Part shown: positions 26,957 through 35,984 of the stretch, piece after piece
Position numbering within the stretch: the first letter of the stretch is position 1
Layout: every line of letters begins with the position of its first letter
Assembly (NCBI GenBank): GCA_030729045.1
Contig: JANQYF010000013.1
Location: forward strand, 33,480 to 97,479
Source: Ilumatobacteraceae bacterium
GTDB lineage: Bacteria > Actinomycetota > Acidimicrobiia > Acidimicrobiales > Ilumatobacteraceae
DNA: 64,000 bases
Direction: 5' to 3'
Notes under the pieces: generated by a model
Database searches by the model: none
What the model was told of the DNA's origin: nothing
Seen by the model: only the letters and a program-made list of their open reading frames with translations
Translations under genes and position numbers: made by a program

Positions 26957-28540
26957 ATGGCTGACGAAATAAAGCGCACTGACTCTGGCATTGACATTGC
27001 CCCCCTCTATTCGGCCGATGACCTCGCCGGCTGGGACCCAGCGACGCAACTGGGTCTTCCAGGTACTGCGCCATACACCCGTGGCGTGTACCCAACGATG
27101 TACCGAGGCAAATTGTGGACCATGCGTCAGTACGCCGGATTCGGCTCTGCTGAATCGACCAACCAACGTTTCAAGTTTCTTCTCGAGGCCGGCCAAACCG
27201 GGCTGTCATGTGCGTTCGACTTGCCAACTCAGATGGGATACGACTCTGACCACGCCCGAAGCGAAGGCGAAGTCGGAAAAGTAGGCGTTGCAATCGACAC
27301 TCTTGAAGACATGCGCATGTTGTTGAAGGATTTGCCTCTCGACAAAGTGTCGACGTCAATGACCATCAACTCAACAGCAGCAGTTCTGTTGTTGATGTAT
27401 GAATTGGTTGCAGAAGAGCAGGGCGTGCCGTCGTCGGCCATTAGCGGAACAATTCAGAACGACTTGCTGAAGGAATACATCGCACGCGGTACTTATGTGT
27501 ACCCACCGCGCCCTTCGATGCGCATCATCACTGATATTTTCGCGTACTGCGCCCAGAACATTCCGAAATGGAACACCATTTCAATTTCTGGCTATCACAT
27601 CCGTGAAGCCGGAAGTTCTGCTGTACAAGAAATCGCATTTACTTTGGCCAATGCCATCGCATATGTTCAGGCAGCAGTTGATGCCGGTCTTGATGTTGAT
27701 GATTTCGCACCACGTTTGTCTTTCTTCTGGAACGGTCATAACAACTTCTTCGAAGAAGTGGCAAAGTTCCGCGCGAGCCGTCGTATGTGGCACAAGATCA
27801 TGACTGAACGTTTTGGTGCAAAGAAAGAATCAAGCAAGCTTCTTCGCTTCCACACTCAAACTGGCGGCAGCACACTGACAGCACAGCAGCCTCTCAACAA
27901 TGTTGTGCGCGTTGCTCTGCAATCAATGGCCGCGGTTATGGGTGGTACGCAAAGTTTGCACACAAATGGTTACGACGAAGCTCTTGGTCTTCCAACAGAA
28001 GCAGCAGCTCGCATCGCGTTGCGCACCCAGCAAATCATTGGGTACGAAAGTGGAATAGCTGATACTCCAGACCCTCTTGCAGGGTCATATTTCGTTGAAT
28101 CATTGACTGATGAAGTGGAACGTCTTGCCTGGGAATACATCGAGCGCATTGATGAAATGGGCGGCGCTGTTGATGCCATTGAAGCTGGATTCCAAATGGA
28201 CGAAATTGAACAAAGTGCATATGAGTACACAAAGTCAATTGATGATGATGAGCGCGTCATTGTTGGCGTTAATAAGTTCACAGTAGAAGGCGAAGGGGAG
28301 CCGAATGTGTTCCCAATCGATCCAACTCTTGCTGTTGGTCAATTGGCACGTCTGAAGAAGTTCAAGGAAAATCGTGACCACGCAAAAGTTGCGGCCCTTC
28401 TTGAAGAAGTTCGTGCCGCTGCCCGTGGCACCGACAACATCCTGATTCCGATGAAAGAAGCATTGCGTGCTCACGCAACTCTCGGTGAAGTCAGCGATGC
28501 TCTTCGTGACGTGTACGGCACTTATAAGCCTGGTCGGTAG
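26957..28540 (+). CDS. methylmalonyl-CoA mutase family, large (catalytic) subunit without B12-binding domain
   Basis: 527-aa ORF with MRQYAGFG (Tyr as in MCM; isobutyryl-CoA mutase has Phe here), [17 protein letters not shown], and [21 protein letters not shown] (the Arg at the MCM Arg207-equivalent position). The ORF ends before any cobalamin-binding DxHxxG domain. Confidence 0.85.
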   Translation: MADEIKRTDSGIDIAPLYSADDLAGWDPATQLGLPGTAPYTRGVYPTMYRGKLWTMRQYAGFGSAESTNQRFKFLLEAGQTGLSCAFDLPTQMGYDSDHARSEGEVGKVGVAIDTLEDMRMLLKDLPLDKVSTSMTINSTAAVLLLMYELVAEEQGVPSSAISGTIQNDLLKEYIARGTYVYPPRPSMRIITDIFAYCAQNIPKWNTISISGYHIREAGSSAVQEIAFTLANAIAYVQAAVDAGLDVDDFAPRLSFFWNGHNNFFEEVAKFRASRRMWHKIMTERFGAKKESSKLLRFHTQTGGSTLTAQQPLNNVVRVALQSMAAVMGGTQSLHTNGYDEALGLPTEAAARIALRTQQIIGYESGIADTPDPLAGSYFVESLTDEVERLAWEYIERIDEMGGAVDAIEAGFQMDEIEQSAYEYTKSIDDDERVIVGVNKFTVEGEGEPNVFPIDPTLAVGQLARLKKFKENRDHAKVAALLEEVRAAARGTDNILIPMKEALRAHATLGEVSDALRDVYGTYKPGR

Positions 28541-28548
28541 TAATCGCC

Positions 28549-29232
28549 ATGAGCGAACAGAATGTCATTGTTGAACGAGTAGGCAATCGTCTTGACATCG
28601 TTCTGAATCGCCCAGACCGAAAGAATGCGATTACGCAACAGCTGGCTGTTGAATTGCGTGATGCATTTCTCAATGTTCCTCGAGACGTTGGTTGCATCTT
28701 GTTGTCAGGTTCTGGTGGGGCTTTTTGTAGCGGAATTGACCTCAAGGTCGCAGGGGCAGACCTGAAGAATGAACCGCTGACTGCATGGGTAGAAGTGCAT
28801 GCCGCGATGTACAAGTGTCGTGTACCAGTGGTCGTTGCTCTCGAGAGGTATGCCATCAACGCCGGAGCAGCTCTTGCGCTGGCGGCAAACATTGTGGTTG
28901 CCGGAGAATCCTCGTTTCTGCAGGTAGGTGAAATTGCGATGGGGGTTGCAGCGCCAATGTGCCAAGCCTGGTTGCACCTGAAACATTCGCAAGCAGTTGC
29001 TGACCGCGTTGTTCTGGTTGGAGATCGCATTGTGGGTGCCGACATGGTGGAGCTTGGACTTGTTTCAGAGGTTGTTGCCGACAGTGAAGTATTGAATCGC
29101 TCACGAATTGTTGCAGACCACATTGCGTCTCACCCGCAACGAGGGCGTGATGGAATTGAACGCACATGGGATTCCTTACGCGGCCGTATTGACAACCCAG
29201 ACGAATGGTTTTCAAACCTAATCAAGCGTTGA
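28549..29232 (+). CDS. enoyl-CoA hydratase/isomerase family protein
   Basis: 227-aa ORF with a crotonase pattern: LNRPDRKNAI, GGAFCSGIDL, INAGAALALAANI. Confidence 0.8.
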   Translation: MSEQNVIVERVGNRLDIVLNRPDRKNAITQQLAVELRDAFLNVPRDVGCILLSGSGGAFCSGIDLKVAGADLKNEPLTAWVEVHAAMYKCRVPVVVALERYAINAGAALALAANIVVAGESSFLQVGEIAMGVAAPMCQAWLHLKHSQAVADRVVLVGDRIVGADMVELGLVSEVVADSEVLNRSRIVADHIASHPQRGRDGIERTWDSLRGRIDNPDEWFSNLIKR

Positions 29233-29382
29233 TGTAACTACACGCAGTCTTTCAAGGAGTTCCACTTTATTTGTGTGTTGTTTGTGCGGTAGTAGTAAAC
29301 CCAAGGATAAGCGTGAACAAGAGTCTGGGAATGACTGCCATGGCGTATAGAGAACGTTGGTGAAGTCGAGAAATTGTTCTCA

Positions 29383-31476
29383 TCATGGGTACAGGTATTT
29401 CTTTCCACCGCCCGCAACAAGACGTAGTTCTTGTGCAAAGGTTTGCGTCTTCTTGTAGTTATCCAGAACAAGAATTCCGGAGGTGTCGATGATTACAACA
29501 GTTCCATCTCCATCAACCGAGGCAAACGTTCGCCCACCGATGTGCCCGAGCGCCAGGAATGACTTATTACGACATGGGCAATATCCGTGGGCTCCGACGC
29601 CTGTCGTCGTCCGGATGGACCAGTCCCATTTTTCCTTTGTTGTGCTTCTGTCGAAGAAATAGCGGCGCGTCCAATCGGCCAGGTCATCCATTTTCATAAT
29701 GATTCCACCTGTTGAAAATCCGATGCTCCCGTAATCGCCCCGAAAGGTAGAAATGTCATAGCCCAGTGCATCAGTGATTCGGCTAGTCAGGAGTTCTTCA
29801 AATGTCTTGCCGGTCTTTTGTTCGAGAATGATTCCAAGTACTGAAAAACCCGATGTTGAATAGTCAACAAATGAGCCTGAGGGGTTTCGCAGTGGTTGCT
29901 CACTCACGTACCGCAGCACGTCCATCGGTGTTGTGCCTTTTGCAACGGGCCCACTCGTTGGTTTGTACTTAGAGAGCCCGGATGTGTGGGTGAGAAGTTG
30001 GCGGATAGTGATTTGGTCATGTTTGAATCCAATACCCATGCCACCCACTGGGTCATCGAGGGATAGGAGTCCTTCGTCAACTAACTGCATGATCAATGTG
30101 GTGGTGAACGTCTTGGTCAAACTGCCAATCAGGCTTGGCTGGTCAAAAGTTCTCATGTTTCCTGAGATTCCGTGCCACACATAACCGTCACGGGCAACAA
30201 CAATCGCGCGTGCTTTGCCAAGCCCCATCTCTGTCGTGCGCTTGTCCAGAATTGATTGCATTTCGGTTTCACGGACTGACCATTTGTCATCCTTGAATGA
30301 TGGAGAGTTAAGAAATTTCTTCACATCATCTTCTATTTCAATCTTCACAATCTTTGGAGCTGCAGAGGGAGGCAATGGTTGATTTACAGGCGTGCGAACA
30401 AAATCAAGTCGACGACTGATTGGGCCAACATTGGTTGCAAACAAGATGGTAAGTACCAGAATGATTCGTGGAGCGACGTTAATAAGACTGAACCAACCGT
30501 CCTTTCGGTACTCGAAAAGCCCAATCAGGCACGTAACAACGGGCAGTGCGAGGAACGTAAGAGCAACGATGAGAAGAACCCGCGCGTTTGTCGGAATTCC
30601 ATTCGGAACCAATTGCCAAAAGAACCAGGCTGTCATGGAATGCCACAGATAAATACTGAGTGGGTATCTATTCAGAAATCGAGACACTGGAGTCGTGGCG
30701 AAGGACGACAAAATCTTTGGAAAATGTAGAAGGAGAGCTGTCCAGAAGCCACCGACAAACAAATGCAGCACATGGTCGTTGTTAACAACTCCGTCCATCG
30801 GTTGCCGAAACAGCAACCATGCAATGGCCCCTGCAAGAAAAGCAATTGCTGTGATGCGAAGAGACCGAGGACTCGGACGACCATTGACGAGCCATGCCAT
30901 TCCTGCAGCTGCGCACGTGGAATACAACACAATGTCGCCGGCTGCCCAACCGAATCCGGCGGTGTCGATGTCCAACACTCCCAACGCCACTACGGCGATC
31001 ATTCCTGTCATCGGAATGATTGATTTGAATTTGCGTGTCAACGCATAGATAAATGGGCTGAGTATTAGCACCCATACGTATGCCCGTAGGTACCACATTG
31101 CTGAAGTGAACCACTGGCTTGCAATGAGAGAAGTTGGTTGTCCAAAAGGAAGAAAGAATGTCCACACTGCAGATGTGCGCACATGAAAGTGGACAGAGAG
31201 CATGTAAACGGTCAGCGAATAGAGCCACAACGGTGGTAGAAGTCGTTTGAAACGTTTCCAAAGAGTTTGAAATGCAGACGCCTTTTGAAATGAACGGGCC
31301 AATAGTGCTCCGGTGACGACAAACATTGCGGGAACAGAAGAGATGATCCAGGTGGTCCAAGACCATCCACTGGCATGCCATGTGATGACACGGAGAATTG
31401 CAATAGCACGGAGTCCATCAAGTGCAATATCGCGTTGTGGAGTGACTGTTTTCTCCTGAACGGTCGCTTTAATCAC
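29383..31476 (-). CDS. acyltransferase family 3 (AT3) membrane domain fused to a beta-lactamase-fold serine hydrolase domain
   Basis: 697-aa ORF. Residues ~15-350 are polytopic, with the LDGLRAIAILRVITWH signature of Acyl_transf_3. Residues ~405-697 carry SLTK (SxxK; Ser codon 30121-30123), YST and GHIGG motifs typical of class C / EstB-like serine hydrolases. Confidence 0.8.
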   Translation of the reverse strand: MIKATVQEKTVTPQRDIALDGLRAIAILRVITWHASGWSWTTWIISSVPAMFVVTGALLARSFQKASAFQTLWKRFKRLLPPLWLYSLTVYMLSVHFHVRTSAVWTFFLPFGQPTSLIASQWFTSAMWYLRAYVWVLILSPFIYALTRKFKSIIPMTGMIAVVALGVLDIDTAGFGWAAGDIVLYSTCAAAGMAWLVNGRPSPRSLRITAIAFLAGAIAWLLFRQPMDGVVNNDHVLHLFVGGFWTALLLHFPKILSSFATTPVSRFLNRYPLSIYLWHSMTAWFFWQLVPNGIPTNARVLLIVALTFLALPVVTCLIGLFEYRKDGWFSLINVAPRIILVLTILFATNVGPISRRLDFVRTPVNQPLPPSAAPKIVKIEIEDDVKKFLNSPSFKDDKWSVRETEMQSILDKRTTEMGLGKARAIVVARDGYVWHGISGNMRTFDQPSLIGSLTKTFTTTLIMQLVDEGLLSLDDPVGGMGIGFKHDQITIRQLLTHTSGLSKYKPTSGPVAKGTTPMDVLRYVSEQPLRNPSGSFVDYSTSGFSVLGIILEQKTGKTFEELLTSRITDALGYDISTFRGDYGSIGFSTGGIIMKMDDLADWTRRYFFDRSTTKEKWDWSIRTTTGVGAHGYCPCRNKSFLALGHIGGRTFASVDGDGTVVIIDTSGILVLDNYKKTQTFAQELRLVAGGGKKYLYP

Positions 31477-31589
31477 TTCATTGAGTCTAAAAACTTTCCG
31501 AGATGTCTATGAAGAAACAATCATCATGTATCACGCAATTCGCTTTCAGTTCATGGAAAGTTTGCTTTGGTCTGTCCGGCCTCGCCGAA

Positions 31590-32144
31590 TCACGTGAGGC
31601 GAGTGATGTTGATGTTTGGCCGTTCTGGAACTGCAACGGATTGTTTTGGCCAACCAACATAGATAATGCCCATCACATGATCTGTGGATTCCATCGAGCA
31701 CAAAGAAGTGATGGCGTTATTGGCGCCCTTTGCCGGAGACCCCCACAATGCTGCAAGCCCGAATGATTCGGCCATCAACAACATATTTTGAACACCGGCA
31801 GCAACTGCATACTTGTTCTCTTCAGTCTCGTTCTGGGTTGTGCCTTCGCCAGCAGCAACCACAATGATCACGGGTGATCGCATGAACTTGCCGCGTGTTT
31901 TTGCGACCTTCATTTCATCATCGCCATGAATTGCCATTGCATCAGCGATTGTGTCGCCAAGAGTTCTTCTGGAGTTGCCAGTAATGACTGCGACTCTCAG
32001 TGGCCATGTACGTTTGTGGTTTGGCGCCCATTGAGCAGAAGTCACGATGCGATCAACTAGGGCAGAGTCAACTTCTCTAGATGCATCAATCAGCAAATTG
32101 CTGCGACGCGACGAAATGAGAGTTTCTAGTTCCTCAGGTGTCAT
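31590..32144 (-). CDS. nitroreductase family protein
   Basis: 184-aa ORF with RRS...WAPNHKRTWP, the nitroreductase-fold signature. Its start overlaps the dapD stop (TAATG). Confidence 0.7.
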   Translation of the reverse strand: MTPEELETLISSRRSNLLIDASREVDSALVDRIVTSAQWAPNHKRTWPLRVAVITGNSRRTLGDTIADAMAIHGDDEMKVAKTRGKFMRSPVIIVVAAGEGTTQNETEENKYAVAAGVQNMLLMAESFGLAALWGSPAKGANNAITSLCSMESTDHVMGIIYVGWPKQSVAVPERPNINITRLT

Positions 32145-33064
32145 TAGTTCTTATGCAGGTCAGCGTTGAGGCCGCCCCATGAACCAGAGCGAGCGATGAC
32201 TTCGACTGCGCCGGTTAATGAGTTGCGGCGGAACAGCAAGTTCGACTGACCAGATAGAAGCTTGGCTTTTACTTTTGATCCTGAAGGGTCAATGACAACT
32301 GTGCCAGCAGTTACGTAGAGCCCTGCTTCCACGATGCAGTCATCACCAAGGCTGATGCCAATGCCAGCGTTTGCGCCAAGAAGGCAACGTTCGCCAATAG
32401 TGACCATTTCTTTACCGCCACCAGAAAGAGTTCCCATGATGGATGCGCCGCCACCAATGTCTGAACCATCACCAACGATGACGCCAGCAGAGATACGACC
32501 TTCCACCATTGATGCGCCCAATGTTCCGGCATTGAAGTTGCAGAAACCTTCATGCATCACTGTGGTGCCAGGGGCAAGGTGTGCCCCGAGGCGCACGCGA
32601 CTTGCGTCTGCGATACGAACACCTGATGGAACCACGTAGTCGGTCATGCGTGGGAACTTGTCAACACCGTGCACGACAAGATGCTCGCCGCGTTGTGCGA
32701 GGTTCCATGCGACTGATTCCAGTGCCTCAACAGCAACTGGCCCACGTGAAGTCCAGGCAACGTTTTGCAGCAAACCGAATGCGCCGTCAAGGTTGATGGT
32801 GCGTGGCTTGACAAAGCGCTGCGATAACAAATTGAGGCGTAGGTAGACGTCTGCAGCGCTTGTAGGTGCTGTTGAGATTTCAATCTCAACTGTGACTGCT
32901 TCAAACGCAACACCACGATCACGATCTGTATCAACACTTGGTTGATGTGATGGTGCGTCGGAAGGGGAGAATTTCCCGAGGCCAACGGTGCGAAAGCGCA
33001 CGTCAAGTGTTGCTCCGTGTGAATCAAGTGTTGCGATACCAACACCCCATGCGTGATCTGACAT
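32144..33064 (-). CDS. dapD: 2,3,4,5-tetrahydropyridine-2,6-dicarboxylate N-succinyltransferase (actinobacterial type)
   Basis: 306-aa ORF. A long stretch is near-identical to my recollection of M. tuberculosis DapD: YGVDKFPRM.DYVVP.GVRIADA.RVRLGAHLAPGTTVMHEGF.N.NAGTLGASMVEGRISAGV.VGDGSD.GGGASIMGTLSGGG. Confidence 0.9.
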   Translation of the reverse strand: MSDHAWGVGIATLDSHGATLDVRFRTVGLGKFSPSDAPSHQPSVDTDRDRGVAFEAVTVEIEISTAPTSAADVYLRLNLLSQRFVKPRTINLDGAFGLLQNVAWTSRGPVAVEALESVAWNLAQRGEHLVVHGVDKFPRMTDYVVPSGVRIADASRVRLGAHLAPGTTVMHEGFCNFNAGTLGASMVEGRISAGVIVGDGSDIGGGASIMGTLSGGGKEMVTIGERCLLGANAGIGISLGDDCIVEAGLYVTAGTVVIDPSGSKVKAKLLSGQSNLLFRRNSLTGAVEVIARSGSWGGLNADLHKN

Positions 33065-34614
33065 TAGAAAGCCTCCAGGCGAAGAGTAGGGAACAAGATG
33101 ACGTCACGAATTGACTGAGCGTTTCCAATCAACATGACTAAGCGATCCATGCCAATACCGAGGCCACCAGTTGGGGGCATTCCGTATTCCATGGCACGTA
33201 AGAAGTCTTCATCAACAGAGCCGGCTTCTGCATTGCCGGCTTCTTTTGATTTCTGCTCGTCTTCAAAGCGGAGACGTTGCTCGACAGGGTCATTCAGCTC
33301 TGAATATGCGTTAGCTAATTCGCGTCCACCGACGAACAATTCGAATCGCTCGGTGAGGTATGGGTCGTTTCTATCTACGCGAGCAAGCGGACTGATTTCG
33401 ACCGGGTGGCCTGTCACAAAGGTTGGCTCACGAAGCGCTGCTTCGCAGGTTGCTTCGAAGAGTTCTTCGATGATCTTTCCTGGTCCAAAATGCGGCAAAA
33501 CTTTGACGCCGTGCTTTTCAGCAAGGGCTACGAGTTGCTCGCGCGGTTGCGACGGGTGCACTTCAACACCGGTCGCTTCTTTTACGAGGTCGATCATGCG
33601 CACTCTGCGCCACGGCTTGGCAAGATCCACAGGGAGGTCATCAATCAAAACTGTGGATGAACCGGTCGCATCATTTGCAGCGTTAACGAAGAGAACCTCG
33701 GTGAGGTCCATGATGTCTGTGTAATCCGCGAATGCTTGGTACAGCTCCATCATCGTGAATTCAGGGTTGTGGCGCGTTGAGATTCCTTCGTTACGGAAGA
33801 CGCGGCCAATTTCGAATACTCGTTCCATTCCGCCGACGATGAGTCGCTTGAGGTGTAGTTCAAGCGCAATGCGCAGGTACAAGGTCATGTCAAGTGCGTT
33901 GTGATGAGTGACGAAAGGTCGTGCATGTGCACCACCTGGTTCAACATGCAGAACCGGAGTCTCAACTTCGATAAAACCGCGTTCGTGCAGAGTGCGGCGA
34001 AAGCTTGCAATGACCGCATGGCGAACAGCAAACATGCGACGTGATTCTTCGTTGCCGATGAGGTCTGCGTAGCGCTGGCGGTAGCGAGTATCAGTATCGG
34101 TAAGCCCGTGCCATTTATCAGGAAGTGGGCGAACAGCTTTTGAGAGGAGAACTACCGAATCAACTTTGATTGACAGCTCGCCCTTTCGGGTTGTCATAAC
34201 AATGCCTGTTGCGCCTACCCAGTCTCCGAGATCCAAGTTATTGATGGCATCGAAAGTGTCGTCGCCAACGATTGCCTTCGAAACGAAAAGTTGAATTGAA
34301 GTTTCGCGATCTTGCAGTGTGGCAAAGATGAGTTTGCCTTGGTCGCGCTTCAGAAGAATTCGGCCAGCAACGGTGACATGAGTGTCGGTTTCAGAGCCAG
34401 CTTCAAGGGCGCCGAATTCATTGCGAATTTCACCAAGGGTGTGGCTGCGATCGAAGCGGTACGGGTAGGGGTTAGTGCCTTGCGCCCGAAGTGCATCAAG
34501 AGAGCCAAGACGGCGAGCCTTTTCTTGCTCGAGGCCATTGGTTCCTAGTTCTACAGATTCATCACTCACAGACTCCCTACGGTAGTTCGCCCACCTACTG
34601 AACGGGGAAGCCAT
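33064..34614 (-). CDS. lysS: lysine--tRNA ligase (class II)
   Basis: 516-aa ORF with an OB-fold N-domain and class II motifs (FRNEGIS..HNPEFT, GLGIGMDRLVM). An alternative GTG start at 34569 is preceded by AGGGAG. Confidence 0.93.
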   Translation of the reverse strand: MASPFSRWANYRRESVSDESVELGTNGLEQEKARRLGSLDALRAQGTNPYPYRFDRSHTLGEIRNEFGALEAGSETDTHVTVAGRILLKRDQGKLIFATLQDRETSIQLFVSKAIVGDDTFDAINNLDLGDWVGATGIVMTTRKGELSIKVDSVVLLSKAVRPLPDKWHGLTDTDTRYRQRYADLIGNEESRRMFAVRHAVIASFRRTLHERGFIEVETPVLHVEPGGAHARPFVTHHNALDMTLYLRIALELHLKRLIVGGMERVFEIGRVFRNEGISTRHNPEFTMMELYQAFADYTDIMDLTEVLFVNAANDATGSSTVLIDDLPVDLAKPWRRVRMIDLVKEATGVEVHPSQPREQLVALAEKHGVKVLPHFGPGKIIEELFEATCEAALREPTFVTGHPVEISPLARVDRNDPYLTERFELFVGGRELANAYSELNDPVEQRLRFEDEQKSKEAGNAEAGSVDEDFLRAMEYGMPPTGGLGIGMDRLVMLIGNAQSIRDVILFPTLRLEAF

Positions 34615-34635
34615 TAATCAACTACGGTCAAATAA

Positions 34636-35979
34636 ATGCGATGGAGGACCTCACTAGTGATGACAGCCCTGGTGCTATCGGTCGTCAGTTCTCGCGCAAC
34701 CGCCGTTCGGTCGAGTGAATTTCCGGTCGAGCGACTTCAACCCACAATGTCAGTATCAAATGCGTCGAACTTGACGCCACAAGAGGTGAAAAAGATTAGT
34801 GCTGGTGTTGTTGCAGGGGGTGCCACGCCTCATGTGGTGAAGTTTCCGACTATCTCGCTAACAGCTCAGACGCGAGCAGGCAAGGATATGTTTCGACTGG
34901 GTAAAAGGTGGCGTATTCCCATGGCAACCATGGTTGCTTCCAGTACGTTCGTGCGAGCGATTGGTGGAGACGCAATGGCCGACATTGTGGCTCGGGGCCA
35001 AGTGTTGATGGGCGAGACATCGGCCAAGGTTCGTGGAGCGCAGGTAGGTGATGTGTTGTTGCTGCGTGATCGCAAGTTTTGGATGCGTCCGTTCACTATT
35101 GGGGCGATAGTCGCCGATGAGTTTGTCAACTCGGGTGACTTATTCATGTCCAGTTCAGCTGCTGCATTATTGGGGGGAATGCCCGTTTCACAAATTGCAA
35201 TCACAGACATTGTTTCGCCATCGTCTGTGCTTTCAGGTCTGAAGAAAAAGGGCATCACGATTGGAACCGAGTTTCGATTGCGCACATCCTGGGACAGAAA
35301 AAACCCAGACGGCACATTGGGCACTGCAACCACAAAAAAGCTTCTGGGGGAATTCTCGTATCGTCCAACAGTTGGAAGTTCCATTCTTGTTGCAGGATCA
35401 TGGACCTCTAGCAATATCGCGTGGAAGATGCGATACACGGATATCAAATTAGGAAACAACTGTCATCGAATTGTTGTTGATGCAATTCAAGGGGCTCTCA
35501 CTGAAATCAAAAAGTCTGGGCTGTCAAGATTTGTTAATACGCAAAATTCAAATCGGTACGGCGGTTGTTTTGTAGGGCGCTACAACAGGCTTGCCGGAAA
35601 TTTCGGGGCGCCATCTCGCCACGCGTGGGGAATGGCAATCGACATCAACACAGATACAAACCCACAAGGCGGTGTCCCGCAGATGAATTGTGCTGTGGTG
35701 CGAATCTTTCGTAAGTGGGGATTTGCCTGGGGTGGGAACTTTTGGCCAGCAGATGGCATGCATTTTGAATATGTGGGAGAACGCAGAGACCAATTGGGGT
35801 ATCCATCGCGGTACTGCCCGAATAAGGCCCCGTTACTGGCAATAACCCTTCCTCAATTCGGTACAACGACGACCACCACTTCGACAACAAGCACCTTGCC
35901 CACTGAGTCCACAACAACTTCCAGTACTTCAACAACAACACCCGCAACCACTACGACCACCACTACACCGATAACCTGA
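34636..35979 (+). CDS. secreted M15 family (VanY/D-Ala-D-Ala carboxypeptidase-like) peptidase with Thr-rich C-terminal tail
   Basis: 447-aa ORF with a signal-like N-terminus. The M15 metal-site pattern is SRHAWGMAIDIN ... FAWGGNFWPADGMHFEY. The last ~40 residues are almost entirely Thr/Ser/Pro. Confidence 0.8.
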   Translation: MRWRTSLVMTALVLSVVSSRATAVRSSEFPVERLQPTMSVSNASNLTPQEVKKISAGVVAGGATPHVVKFPTISLTAQTRAGKDMFRLGKRWRIPMATMVASSTFVRAIGGDAMADIVARGQVLMGETSAKVRGAQVGDVLLLRDRKFWMRPFTIGAIVADEFVNSGDLFMSSSAAALLGGMPVSQIAITDIVSPSSVLSGLKKKGITIGTEFRLRTSWDRKNPDGTLGTATTKKLLGEFSYRPTVGSSILVAGSWTSSNIAWKMRYTDIKLGNNCHRIVVDAIQGALTEIKKSGLSRFVNTQNSNRYGGCFVGRYNRLAGNFGAPSRHAWGMAIDINTDTNPQGGVPQMNCAVVRIFRKWGFAWGGNFWPADGMHFEYVGERRDQLGYPSRYCPNKAPLLAITLPQFGTTTTTTSTTSTLPTESTTTSSTSTTTPATTTTTTTPIT

Positions 35980-35984
35980 CCAAC

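Noticed and set aside
26957-28540. The methylmalonyl-CoA mutase gene as a 3'-truncated pseudogene, because it lacks the B12-binding domain.
   Set aside because: The frame is intact over 527 codons and ends at the natural boundary of split-type large subunits, which are known from archaea and several bacteria. The next gene starts 8 nt later with no remnant B12-domain sequence.
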